Shown: positions 12,277-22,318 of the stretch, one piece after another
How positions within the stretch are numbered: the first letter of the stretch is position 1
Layout: each line of letters begins with the position of its first letter
Assembly: GCA_017410245.1 (NCBI GenBank)
Contig: JAFQRE010000017.1
Location: 67,296 to 131,295 of the forward strand
Length of the DNA: 64,000 nt
From: Bacteroidaceae bacterium
Lineage (GTDB): Bacteria; Bacteroidota; Bacteroidia; Bacteroidales; Barnesiellaceae_A
Direction: 5' to 3'
Notes under the pieces: model-generated
Seen by the model: the letters and a program-made list of their open reading frames with translations, nothing else
Told to the model about the DNA's origin: nothing
Databases searched by the model: none
Made by a program: the position numbers and the translations under genes

Positions 12277-12858
12277 TTAAAACTCTACCACAGGAGCTTG
12301 TTCGGTACCCTTCTCAGCCTCAAATTGAGGCTTGGCATCAAAACCAAAAATCTTGGCTGTAATGACGGCCGGGAACTTTCGTATCATGGCGTTATATCCG
12401 GCTACTATTTCGCTATAACGACCACGTTCGGTTGCAATGCGGTTTTCGGTGCCTTCCAATTGAGCTTGTAGGTCGCGGAAGTTTTCGTTGGCCTTCAAGT
12501 CGGGATAATTTTCGGTAACAGCCAATAGACGACCCAAAGCCTGACTCAACTCACCCTGAGCCTCTTGATAGGCTTTGAGGCTTTCGGCATCGAGGCTTTC
12601 GGCATCGACAGTCACTTGTGTAGCTTTGGCGCGAGCTTCTACAACAGCTTCGAGTGTCGAGGCTTCGTGTGCAGCATAGCCCTTCACGGTGTTGACAAGG
12701 TTGGGAATGAGGTCGGCGCGACGTTGGTATTGGTTCTCTACCTTGGCCCATTGAGCTTTCACATTTTCATCGGCTTCTACCATCGAGTTGTAGCTACATG
12801 ATGTCAGCGACAATACGCATATTGTCATTGCAATAGCAAGACGAAAAAACTTTTTCAT
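12277..12858 (-). CDS. lemA: LemA family protein
   Basis: 193 aa. Typical LemA N-terminus VKAQWAKVENQYQRRADLIPNLVNTVKGYAAHE and C-terminus ERGRYSEIVAGYNAMIRKFP. Confidence 0.85.
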   Translation of the reverse strand: MKKFFRLAIAMTICVLSLTSCSYNSMVEADENVKAQWAKVENQYQRRADLIPNLVNTVKGYAAHEASTLEAVVEARAKATQVTVDAESLDAESLKAYQEAQGELSQALGRLLAVTENYPDLKANENFRDLQAQLEGTENRIATERGRYSEIVAGYNAMIRKFPAVITAKIFGFDAKPQFEAEKGTEQAPVVEF

Positions 12859-12882
12859 ATTCTATCTCAATTTTAAGTGTGT

Positions 12883-14427
12883 TTACTTTACAATCTTTTG
12901 CAACAAGCTACGGAAGCTTACCTTCTCGCCAATGAGAGCGTGCAGCTCGTCAATAGCTACGCGATGTTGCTCCATGCTGTCGCGTTCGCGCAGTGTTACG
13001 GTATTGTCCTCGAGTGTTTGGTGATCTACTGTTACACAGAATGGTGTACCGATAGCATCTTGACGGCGATAACGTTTACCGATAGAGTCTTTCTCATCAT
13101 ATTGGCAACGATAGTCAAACTTGAGTTGGTTGATAATCTCTTCGGCCTTCTCGGGCAGACCATCTTTGCGAACCAGAGGCATAACGGCAACTTTAACCGG
13201 TGCCAATGCTGCAGGGAGTTGCAATACGACACGAGTTTCGCCATTCTCGAGTTGTTCCTCTTTGTAAGCTGCGGCCAATACGCTGAGGAACATACGATCC
13301 ACACCGATAGAAGTCTCAATAACATAGGGAGTATATGATTCTTTCAACTCGGGGTCGAAGTATTGAATCTTCTTGCCGGAGAATTTTTCGTGTTGGCTCA
13401 AGTCGAAGTCGGTGCGAGAGTGGATACCTTCAACCTCTTTAAATCCAAACGGCATTTCAAACTCTATATCGGTAGCGGCATTGGCATAGTGAGCCAATTT
13501 TTCATGATCGTGGTAACGATACTTGTGGTCGCCAAGTCCGAGCGCTTTGTGCCAGCGCAGACGGAACTCTTTCCAGTGGTTGAACCATTGCATCTCTTCT
13601 CCGGGACGTACAAAGAATTGCATCTCCATTTGCTCAAATTCGCGCATGCGGAAGATAAATTGGCGGGCAACAATCTCGTTGCGGAAAGCCTTACCAATTT
13701 GTGCAATACCAAAAGGTATGCGCATACGGCCTGTCTTTTGTACATTGAGGAAGTTTACAAATATACCTTGAGCTGTCTCGGGACGCAAATATACCTTCAT
13801 AGCACCGTCGGCGGTAGAACCCATATCGGTTGAGAACATGAGGTTGAATTGGCGCACATCAGTCCAGTTTTTTGTTCCGCTTATGGGACATACAATCTCT
13901 TGGTCGATAATGATTTGGCGCAACTCTTCAAGATTCATCTCGGCCATAGCATTGGCAAAGCGCTCATGCAAGGCATCGCGTTTGGCGGCATTCTCGAGTA
14001 CACGGGGATTGGTCTCGCGGAACATCTTCTCATCGAAGTTTTCACCAAAACGCTTGCGTGCTTTTTCTACCTCCTTGTCTATTTTCTCATCGTACTTGGC
14101 AATGCAATCTTCGATGAGGACATCGGCGCGATAGCGTTTCTTAGAGTCGCGGTTGTCAATCAAAGGATCGTTGAAAGCATCAACGTGTCCCGATGCCTTC
14201 CAGATAGTAGGGTGCATAAAGATAGCCGAGTCAATACCCACGATATTGTCGTTGAGCAGTGTCATGCTGTCCCACCAATAGCGCTTGATGTTGTTTTTCA
14301 ACTCTACACCCATTTGGCCATAGTCATACACTGCTGCAAGGCCATCATATATTTCGCTTGAGGGGAATACAAATCCGTATTCTTTGCAATGCGATACAAG
14401 TTTCTTGAAAACGTCTTCTTGTGCCAT
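12883..14427 (-). CDS. glyQS: glycine--tRNA ligase (class II, single-chain GlyQS type)
   Basis: 514 aa. N-terminus KEYGFVFPSSEIYDGLAAVYDYGQMGVELKNNIKRYWW is typical of dimeric GlyRS. Confidence 0.93.
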   Translation of the reverse strand: MAQEDVFKKLVSHCKEYGFVFPSSEIYDGLAAVYDYGQMGVELKNNIKRYWWDSMTLLNDNIVGIDSAIFMHPTIWKASGHVDAFNDPLIDNRDSKKRYRADVLIEDCIAKYDEKIDKEVEKARKRFGENFDEKMFRETNPRVLENAAKRDALHERFANAMAEMNLEELRQIIIDQEIVCPISGTKNWTDVRQFNLMFSTDMGSTADGAMKVYLRPETAQGIFVNFLNVQKTGRMRIPFGIAQIGKAFRNEIVARQFIFRMREFEQMEMQFFVRPGEEMQWFNHWKEFRLRWHKALGLGDHKYRYHDHEKLAHYANAATDIEFEMPFGFKEVEGIHSRTDFDLSQHEKFSGKKIQYFDPELKESYTPYVIETSIGVDRMFLSVLAAAYKEEQLENGETRVVLQLPAALAPVKVAVMPLVRKDGLPEKAEEIINQLKFDYRCQYDEKDSIGKRYRRQDAIGTPFCVTVDHQTLEDNTVTLRERDSMEQHRVAIDELHALIGEKVSFRSLLQKIVK

Positions 14428-14645
14428 GATCTTTATTTTTCTTAGTTATTATCGTTATCATTAAGAGCCATAGTTGATGACTCAAATTAAACTGCAAAGT
14501 AAGTGATTTTTTTCGATTTAATTTGTATTTTTGCACTGGCTTGTTCTATTTAAGGCACAAAAAAAGTGAAAATATTACGAAATAGCTTTTTTATAGTTAT
14601 GGCAAGTCGCTGCTTCAACCTTAAAAACCATAAAAATCACCATCG

Positions 14646-17306
14646 ATGAGTGACCAAGACAAAGATATAAACAATATTCCCGAGGAGAATGAAATGCAAC
14701 CTATTGCCTCGGAGGGTAATAGTACTTCATATAAGACTTCTACAACCGAAGGTGGAGATACCAAATTGCATCTGACCGGTATGTACCGCAATTGGTTTCT
14801 TGAGTATGCATCGTATGTAATACTCGAGCGTGCTGTTCCGCACCTTGCCGATGGCCTCAAGCCGGTACAACGTCGCATCTTGCATGCCATGAAACTGCTG
14901 GAAGATGGGCGTTACAACAAGGTAGCCAATGTTATAGGTTCTACTATGGCCTATCACCCTCATGGCGATGCTTCGATAGGTGATGCGTTGGTACAGATGG
15001 GACAGAAGGAGTTGCTCATCGATTATCAAGGTAACTGGGGTAATATTCTCACCGGCGATAGTGCGGCGGCTCCTCGTTATATTGAGGCAAGACTCTCGAA
15101 GTTTGCCCTCGAAGTGGTGTATAGTCCCAAGGTGACTGAGTGGCAGCTGTCGTACGATGGTCGTAAGAAAGAGCCTGTAACACTTCCTGTGAAGTTCCCT
15201 TTGCTATTGGCTCAAGGTGTTGAGGGTATTGCCGTAGGTTTGTCATCGAAAATTCTACCGCACAACTACAACGAACTGCTTGATGCCGCCATTGCTTATT
15301 TGCGTGGGGAGGAGTTTAAACTTTATCCCGATTTCCGCACCGGCGGTTTCATTGATGTGTCGCGTTACAATGATGGTGAGCGTGGTGGTGCTGTGAAAGT
15401 ACGTGCCAAGATAGATAAGATAGACAATCGTACCCTCGCTATTACCGAGATACCTTTTGGTAAGACAACATCGACGCTTATCGAGTCGATATTGAAGGCT
15501 CAGGAGAAAGGAAAAATCAAGATACGCAAGGTCGATGACAATACTGCGGCTCAGGCCGAGATACTTATACACTTGCCTGCCGGCGTATCGTCCGATAAGA
15601 CGATAGATGCTCTCTATGCATTTACCGATTGCGAAGTGAGTATCTCGCCCAACTGCTGTGTGATTGATGATAAGAAACCACACTTCTTGTCGGTGAGTGA
15701 GGTGTTGCGACGTAGTGTCAATCGCACCCGCGACCTCTTACGTCAGGAGTTGGAGATAAAGTTGCAAGAATTGCACGAGGCCTTGATGTTTGCCTCGCTC
15801 GAGAAGATATTTATCGAGGAGCGCATATATAAAGATCGCGAATTTGAGGAGAGCCGTTCGATGGACGAGGCTGTGGCTCATATCGACAAGCGACTCACTC
15901 CGTTCAAAACGCAATTCATACGCGAGATAACAGCCGATGATATATTGCGATTGATGGAGATAAAGATGGCTCGTATATTGCGCTTCAACTCGGAGAAGGC
16001 CGAGAATTTCATTGCCGAGAAGCTCGAACAGATAGCCGAGACTCGTCACCACTTGGAGACACTTACCGACTATACCATAGCTTGGTACTCGCACTTGAAA
16101 GAGACTTACGGAAAGAGTTTCCCTCGCATGACCGAGATACGCAACTTCGATACCATCGAGGCTACTAAAGTGGTGGAGGCTACCGAGAAGTTGTATCTCA
16201 ACAAGGAAGATGGCTTCATGGGAACAGGTTTGCAACGCGATCCTAATGCCGAGTTTGTGTGCAACTGCTCAAATATCGATGATATCATCATCTTCTACAA
16301 AGATGGTCGTTATACCGTAGTCAAGGTAGCCGAGAAGCAATTTATAGGAAAGAATATACTGCATATCGATGTCTTTAAGCGTAACGATACTCGCACCATT
16401 TACAACGTGATATACATGAATGGTAAGGGTGGAGTACACTACATGAAACGTTTTGCTGTAACAGGCATTACTCGTGACAAGATGTACGATTTGACCCAAG
16501 GTAAGCCCGGATCGCGAGTGAAGTGGTTTACGGCCAACTCAAATGGTGAGGCTGAGACGGTGAAAGTGGTTCTCGAAAAAACCATACGTTCCAACAAAGA
16601 TCATGTGATGGTCGATTTCAGCACATTGGCTATCAAAGGTCGTGCTTCGATGGGTAATATCGTGACCAAAGGGATTGTCCGGTCTATGTCATTGGCTGCC
16701 AAGGGTGGCTCTACATTGGGTGGACGTGATGTGTGGTTTGACCGTGATGTGCTTCGTCTCAACTACGATAAGCGTGGAGAGTATTTGGGCGAGTTCCACA
16801 ACAATGACTTGGTGTTGGTTGTTCTGGATAATGGCGATTTCTATACAACCAATTTCGATGCTACCAACCACTACGAAAATAATATACTGCTCATAGAAAA
16901 ATTTGATGCCAATTGTGTATGGACAGTGCTGCTCAACGATGCCAACCAACAAGGTATGCCCTATATGAAGCGTTTCAAACTTGAGGCTACTACTCGCAAA
17001 CAGAACTTCCTTGGCGATAATGCAGCCTCAAAGATGTTGTGTTACAGTAGAGAGGCTTATCCGCGATTTGAGGTGCGATTTGGTGGTGGCGATGCCTTCC
17101 GAGAACCTCTCATTGTAGATGCTGATGAGTTTATTGCTATCAAAGGTTTTACAGCCAAGGGTAAGCGCATCACTCAATTTACCATTGACTCTATAACCGA
17201 GTTGGAACCACTGCGCCATGAAGAGCCTGTCGTTGAGGATACTACCGAAGAGGATATCCCTCTTGATGGACAGTTGAGCATATTCCCTTCGCACGATGTA
17301 GAATAG
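14646..17306 (+). CDS. parC: DNA topoisomerase IV subunit A
   Basis: 886 aa. FLEYASYVILERAVPHLADGLKPVQRRILHAM is the GyrA/ParC active-site region. The length and N-terminal extension fit the Bacteroidota ParC type. Confidence 0.88.
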   Translation: MSDQDKDINNIPEENEMQPIASEGNSTSYKTSTTEGGDTKLHLTGMYRNWFLEYASYVILERAVPHLADGLKPVQRRILHAMKLLEDGRYNKVANVIGSTMAYHPHGDASIGDALVQMGQKELLIDYQGNWGNILTGDSAAAPRYIEARLSKFALEVVYSPKVTEWQLSYDGRKKEPVTLPVKFPLLLAQGVEGIAVGLSSKILPHNYNELLDAAIAYLRGEEFKLYPDFRTGGFIDVSRYNDGERGGAVKVRAKIDKIDNRTLAITEIPFGKTTSTLIESILKAQEKGKIKIRKVDDNTAAQAEILIHLPAGVSSDKTIDALYAFTDCEVSISPNCCVIDDKKPHFLSVSEVLRRSVNRTRDLLRQELEIKLQELHEALMFASLEKIFIEERIYKDREFEESRSMDEAVAHIDKRLTPFKTQFIREITADDILRLMEIKMARILRFNSEKAENFIAEKLEQIAETRHHLETLTDYTIAWYSHLKETYGKSFPRMTEIRNFDTIEATKVVEATEKLYLNKEDGFMGTGLQRDPNAEFVCNCSNIDDIIIFYKDGRYTVVKVAEKQFIGKNILHIDVFKRNDTRTIYNVIYMNGKGGVHYMKRFAVTGITRDKMYDLTQGKPGSRVKWFTANSNGEAETVKVVLEKTIRSNKDHVMVDFSTLAIKGRASMGNIVTKGIVRSMSLAAKGGSTLGGRDVWFDRDVLRLNYDKRGEYLGEFHNNDLVLVVLDNGDFYTTNFDATNHYENNILLIEKFDANCVWTVLLNDANQQGMPYMKRFKLEATTRKQNFLGDNAASKMLCYSREAYPRFEVRFGGGDAFREPLIVDADEFIAIKGFTAKGKRITQFTIDSITELEPLRHEEPVVEDTTEEDIPLDGQLSIFPSHDVE

Positions 17307-17309
17307 AAT

Positions 17310-18167
17310 ATGAAACGATTTCTTTATACAGCTTTGTTGTGTGTGACGGCCTTATATGCTGTGGCACAGCAAGATAGTATTAAACCTCTTTGCCCGGTCT
17401 TTACGGCTGTAGAGTTTGAAGCAGGAGGTGTGAGGCTGATAGATACATACTTGTCGCCATGGAGCTACAAGGGTTGGGATATTGCCCTTGATGTGGAACT
17501 TATGAAGGCAATGAAACTCGATAATTATAGTTGGGTGTGGCAGCAGCGCATAGGGTTGAACTATGGACAGACACGATTGAGTATATCGGGTGCGGGACTT
17601 ACGCGAGAGGGTGGTTTGGATTATAGTTTTGCCATGATGCGTAGGAGCAACACCCCGATAGATGGGTTGCAACTCTATTATGGAGGAGATGTTTCGTTGC
17701 GTGCCCAGGGGCTTTATAACTATCATGGAGGCAACAACCCCACCAGTGTCAAGGCTGATATTTCATTGGGTTTGACAGGTATGGTAGTATATAATTTTTC
17801 TTTAGGTAAATTGCCATTGACAGCTCGATATCAGATGAATTTACCACTTGTAGGAGTCTTTGCACAACCTCAGTATGCCGAGTCGTACTATGAGGTGTGG
17901 TTGGGCAATTACCGCGATTTTTTGCATTGTGGTACATGGGCCAATCGTTTCGATATGGGCAATCGCATCACAATAGATATGCACATGGGTAGTTGGGCTC
18001 TGCGTGTAGGCTATCACAATCGCATCGATACTACTTATGAGAACAACAATCGTTACCAACTTGTCATGCATAACTTTGTAGTAGGATTTGCCGGTGACTT
18101 GGCCGGCGTAGATTATAAACATAACAACCGACCTGTTATCAGGGCATTATACAATATATCACAATGA
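17310..18167 (+). CDS. hypothetical outer-membrane-type protein (possibly DUF3316-like)
   Basis: Signal peptide MKRFLYTALLCVTALYAVAQQ and alternating Y/G-rich beta-strand-like composition. Starts 3 nt after the parC stop and overlaps the next gene by 4 nt. The family name is from memory and is not verified. Confidence 0.4.
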   Translation: MKRFLYTALLCVTALYAVAQQDSIKPLCPVFTAVEFEAGGVRLIDTYLSPWSYKGWDIALDVELMKAMKLDNYSWVWQQRIGLNYGQTRLSISGAGLTREGGLDYSFAMMRRSNTPIDGLQLYYGGDVSLRAQGLYNYHGGNNPTSVKADISLGLTGMVVYNFSLGKLPLTARYQMNLPLVGVFAQPQYAESYYEVWLGNYRDFLHCGTWANRFDMGNRITIDMHMGSWALRVGYHNRIDTTYENNNRYQLVMHNFVVGFAGDLAGVDYKHNNRPVIRALYNISQ

Positions 18168-19198
18168 AGATAAAGTCTGTTCTCTATATATTGTCGGCCT
18201 TGTTGTTGGTGCAACTACAAGCCTGCTTTGTCGATGACGACAGCCATGTGCAAGATACTGCCAAGACCAATTTCAATGCGTTGTGGCACATTGTCGATGA
18301 ACATTATTGTTTCTTTGAGTACAAGGGTGTCGATTGGGACTCGGTATATAACTATTATGCACCTCGTGTCAATGACGATATAAGCGACCAAGATTTCTTC
18401 AATCTGTGTGGCGAGATGTTGGCTTCTTTGCAAGACGGACATGTAAATCTGGCTAGTGCTTTTGCCTCGAGTTATTATTGGAAATGGTTTCAAGATTATC
18501 CTGTTAATTATGACGAGCGCATCGTTCATGAGAATTATCTCAATTTCGACTTTTATCAGGCCGGGGGTATAACGTATAAGAAGTTGCGCGAGAATATAGG
18601 TTATATCTATTACGATAGCTTTAGCAGTAGCATCAGCCCCACAACTCTCGACTACATCTTGGCGCATTTTATTACCTGCGATGGTCTCATTATCGATGTG
18701 CGCAACAATGGAGGTGGCTCATTGTCGAATGTTGAGGTAATTGCATCAAGATTTATAGATGCTCCTATATTGGCTGGTTATATACAGCACAAGACAGCTC
18801 CTGCTCATGATGCCCTGTCGGAGCCGTATGCCTATTATTATCGGCCTGCCGAAGGACATATATTATATGGTAAACCTGTAGTGGTACTGACCAATCGTCA
18901 CACTTTCAGTGCTGCCAATAACTTTGTGCAAGTAATGAAATCGTTACCTCAAGTAACCATTATAGGCGATCGTACCGGTGGCGGTAGCGGTTTGCCTTTT
19001 ACCTACAATCTGCCCAATGGTTGGAACTTGCGTTTGTCGGCTTCGCCTATTCTCGATGCCGATGGTAATGATACTGAGTGGGGAATAGACCCTCATATCA
19101 AGGTGGATATGGCTCCCAATGCTTATCAGACAGGCCGAGATGCTATTCTCGATTGTGCGATAGAATGTATTGCACAACAACAATATATTATGAAATAA
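18164..19198 (+). CDS. S41 family peptidase (tail-specific protease-like)
   Basis: Signal peptide. S41 motifs IIDVRNNGGGSL and VLTNRHTFSAANNFVQVMK, which carry the candidate Ser/Lys dyad. Confidence 0.8.
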   Translation: MKIKSVLYILSALLLVQLQACFVDDDSHVQDTAKTNFNALWHIVDEHYCFFEYKGVDWDSVYNYYAPRVNDDISDQDFFNLCGEMLASLQDGHVNLASAFASSYYWKWFQDYPVNYDERIVHENYLNFDFYQAGGITYKKLRENIGYIYYDSFSSSISPTTLDYILAHFITCDGLIIDVRNNGGGSLSNVEVIASRFIDAPILAGYIQHKTAPAHDALSEPYAYYYRPAEGHILYGKPVVVLTNRHTFSAANNFVQVMKSLPQVTIIGDRTGGGSGLPFTYNLPNGWNLRLSASPILDADGNDTEWGIDPHIKVDMAPNAYQTGRDAILDCAIECIAQQQYIMK

Positions 19199-19256
19199 TG
19201 ATGTGATGTAGAGTTTGGAGAGACTCTTATATCATAGATCAGCTTAGATTGGATTT

Positions 19257-20891
19257 ATGAGACTTCGAGAAATTTTTACCGCAGTAGTGTTGTTGGCCAT
19301 CATTACTGCTTCGGCACAGAACTATCGTGCTATGTATGATGGTGTGCCGTTTGATATGCCCACTGTCGTGCAACCCCAATTCCCCGATTACCGAGTGGAT
19401 ATTTGCCAATATGGAGCAGTAAGCGACGGAAGCACGTTGTGTACCGAGGCTTTTGCTCAAGCTATTGCCGATGTGAATGCCCATGGTGGTGGTACGGTTG
19501 TAGTACCGGCAGGTCTATGGCTGACAGGGCCTATCGAGTTGCTGAGTAATGTGTGCCTGCACACCGAGTATGGAGCTATGGTGCTCTTTACAGCCGAACT
19601 TGATGCCTATCGCATCATCGACACATCGTTTGAGGGTCTTGATACCCGGCGTTGTCAGTCGCCTTTGTATGCCTATAAAGCGCATAATATAGCTATTACC
19701 GGTCATGGTACGTTTGATGGCAGTGGCGAGGCTTGGCGACCCGTCAAGAAGAGTAAAGTTACATCGAAGCAGTGGAAAGAGTTGCTCAAGAAAAGTAAGA
19801 TAACCAATGAAAAGGGCGATATATGGTACCCCTCGGAGGCTTCGCGACAAGGGGCCGAAGCGTGTTATGACTTTAATGTCCCCGATAATATTGTTACCGA
19901 TGCCGAGTGGGAGAGTATCAAGCGTTGGTTGCGTCCTACATTACTCAATTTCATCGCTTGCGATACAGTGATGTTGCGTGATGTTACCTTTAAGAACTCT
20001 CCGGCATGGTGCTTGCACCCGCTTATGTGCAAGCATGTCACTATAGATGGTGTGCAAGTGAGCAATCCATGGTATGCCCAGAATGGTGATGCTCTTGATT
20101 TAGAATCATGCTGTAATGTGTTGGTGGTCAATAGCAGTTTTGATGCCGGCGATGATGCCATCTGTATTAAGTCGGGCAAGGACGAAGATGGTCGTCGCAG
20201 AGCAATGCCATGTGAGAATGTGATTATTCGTAACAATACGGTGTTGCATGGTCATGGCGGATTTGTAGTAGGTAGTGAAATGTCGGGTGGTGCTCGCAAT
20301 ATATTCATCTCCGATTGTTGCTTTATTGGCACCGATGTGGGGCTACGTTTCAAGAGTACTCGTGGTCGTGGTGGAGTAGTGGAGAATATCTATATCAGCG
20401 ATATCGTGATGACAAATATTCCCGAAGAGCCGTTGCTCTTCGACCTGTTCTATGGTAAAAAAGGCAAGGCTACAGCCGATAGTGTACCACCTGTCAGTGA
20501 AAAGACACCTGTTTTTCGACATATACACATCAGTGATGTTGTGTGTCGTGGTGCAGGACGTGCCATGTACTTCAATGGCTTGCCCGAGATGAAGATTAGC
20601 GATGTGACGATAGAGAATGTTACTATTCTCAACGCCAAGAGTGGTATTCACATCAATAAGGCTCGTGATATAGTCTTGCGCAATGTGATGGTAGAGCCCG
20701 CTAAGGGCGATGTCATAAGCCTATCGGGGGCAACCGATATTGTTATCGATGGCTTGCGTACTACTGCAACTGCTGCTTCGGCTACCATAGCTGCCGACTG
20801 TGTCGATGTGGTGATAACAAAATCGCAACTCGACAAGGAGCATGTGCGCATTGCCGATGGTGCCGATAATAGAATTGTGAAATTTAAATGA
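19257..20891 (+). CDS. glycoside hydrolase family 28 (polygalacturonase-like)
   Basis: Signal peptide. GH28 beta-helix motifs GGGTVVVPAGLWLTGPIEL, NGDALDLESC, GDDAICIKSG, GHGGFVVGSEMSGG and RFKSTRGRGG. Confidence 0.85.
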   Translation: MRLREIFTAVVLLAIITASAQNYRAMYDGVPFDMPTVVQPQFPDYRVDICQYGAVSDGSTLCTEAFAQAIADVNAHGGGTVVVPAGLWLTGPIELLSNVCLHTEYGAMVLFTAELDAYRIIDTSFEGLDTRRCQSPLYAYKAHNIAITGHGTFDGSGEAWRPVKKSKVTSKQWKELLKKSKITNEKGDIWYPSEASRQGAEACYDFNVPDNIVTDAEWESIKRWLRPTLLNFIACDTVMLRDVTFKNSPAWCLHPLMCKHVTIDGVQVSNPWYAQNGDALDLESCCNVLVVNSSFDAGDDAICIKSGKDEDGRRRAMPCENVIIRNNTVLHGHGGFVVGSEMSGGARNIFISDCCFIGTDVGLRFKSTRGRGGVVENIYISDIVMTNIPEEPLLFDLFYGKKGKATADSVPPVSEKTPVFRHIHISDVVCRGAGRAMYFNGLPEMKISDVTIENVTILNAKSGIHINKARDIVLRNVMVEPAKGDVISLSGATDIVIDGLRTTATAASATIAADCVDVVITKSQLDKEHVRIADGADNRIVKFK

Positions 20892-20898
20892 TAGTGTA

Positions 20899-22113
20899 AT
20901 GAGGAAATTTTTCTTGTGCATAACTTGGCTGAGTGCTGTGATGGTGTTGGCTGCCACGCATGAGGTAGAAGTGTCTATTGAAAACCCTTTGTCGCAACAT
21001 CGTATCGATGTGCCGGTAGTTATTTCGGTGTATGATGTTGATGCACCCTTTGAGATAAAGTCGGCAACGGTATATGTGGCAGGTGAGGAAATTCCATCGC
21101 AAGTAGATGATACCGATGGCGACAAGCATGCCGATGAGATAGCATTCCTTGTAGATGTGTTGGCCGGTGCACAACTCGATGTGCGGGTTGTGGTGAGCGA
21201 CGAGCCTTCATTGCCCCATCGCTATGCTTCGCGAGTATATGCCGATATGTTGGTGGCATCGAAGAGTAAGAAGCGCCCTCACATGCCTATCAATAGCATA
21301 TCTACACCCTCCGGCGACTTGTATAACTATCTGCATCATCATGGGCCTGCGTTTGAGAGTGAGTTGGTAGCCTACCGCTTATATTTCGACCGCAAGCAGA
21401 CAGTAGATATTTATGGAAAATTCAATAAAGGTCATGAGTTGCAGTCGAGCGGTTGGTATCCCAATGACGAACAATTATCTCAAGGCTATGGCGACGATGT
21501 ATTGCGAGTGAGTGGCAGTTGTGGTGTGGGAACACTGAAAGGGTGGAATGCCAAGAAGAAGAAAGCTGTGCATATTGACCCTGTAAGTAATCGTAGTGCT
21601 ACGATAGTAGCTGCCGGCCCGGTGCGTACCATTGTGGAGATGGCTGTTGATGGGTGGCAGTATGGCGATAGCCACTTGGATATGAGTTGCCGTTATACAC
21701 TGTATGGCGGTCATCGCGATGTGCAGGTAGATGTGAACTTTGCACAACCACTTGGCAACGAAATCTTCTGTACCGGAGTGCAAGATATAAAGGGTTCGCA
21801 GTCGATGAGCGATCACCGAGGCCTCATAGCTTGCTGGGGTACCGATTGGCCTGTCAATGATACCATCAAGTATGCTAAGGAGACTGTGGGGTTGGCTGCT
21901 TATATACCCACGCAATATATTGTGGGTGAAGAGAAGGATAAAGTAAACTATCTGTACCAGATGAGTATGCCCGGAAAAACAAGTATGCGTTATTATATCA
22001 CTTTCACATCTATGAAGGAGTGTTATGGGTACAAAAGTGCCGAGCAGTGGTTTGAATACGTAACTGCATGGCGCAAAGAACTTGATAGCCCATGCGTGGT
22101 AATTATAAAGTAG
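20899..22113 (+). CDS. DUF4861 domain-containing protein
   Basis: 404 aa with a signal peptide. The N-terminal pattern (VEVSIENPLSQHRIDVPVVI ... DDTDGDKHADEIAFLVD) matches my recollection of DUF4861 proteins that accompany pectin-degrading genes. Not verified by search. Confidence 0.55.
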   Translation: MRKFFLCITWLSAVMVLAATHEVEVSIENPLSQHRIDVPVVISVYDVDAPFEIKSATVYVAGEEIPSQVDDTDGDKHADEIAFLVDVLAGAQLDVRVVVSDEPSLPHRYASRVYADMLVASKSKKRPHMPINSISTPSGDLYNYLHHHGPAFESELVAYRLYFDRKQTVDIYGKFNKGHELQSSGWYPNDEQLSQGYGDDVLRVSGSCGVGTLKGWNAKKKKAVHIDPVSNRSATIVAAGPVRTIVEMAVDGWQYGDSHLDMSCRYTLYGGHRDVQVDVNFAQPLGNEIFCTGVQDIKGSQSMSDHRGLIACWGTDWPVNDTIKYAKETVGLAAYIPTQYIVGEEKDKVNYLYQMSMPGKTSMRYYITFTSMKECYGYKSAEQWFEYVTAWRKELDSPCVVIIK

Positions 22114-22238
22114 AGCGATAACTTTCTTGTAGGTCGATTGTCGATTGATGCTGATATATGATAAAGAAAACTGCTGTAAAAGCGTGGATTTGATAAAAAA
22201 TTACACTCTATTGGTTAAATACTATATCTAATAATCCT

Positions 22239-22246
22239 TATATTTG
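22239..22246 (+). promoter_or_regulatory. candidate Bacteroidota sigma-A -7 box (TAnnTTTG)
   Basis: tatatttg lies 73 nt upstream of the ATG at 22319 in an AT-rich intergenic region. Confidence 0.25.
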
Positions 22247-22318
22247 TACCATATTTGCATTATCATATATTGTAACTTGTATAAGGAGTGATAATTATTA
22301 ACCAATAAAATAAATAAC

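Noticed and set aside
12277-12858. LemA, considered as part of a LemA/TPM-domain two- or three-gene module.
   Set aside because: No TPM (DUF477)-like partner gene is adjacent. The neighbours are GlyRS and an FKBP isomerase, so it is reported only as a single gene.
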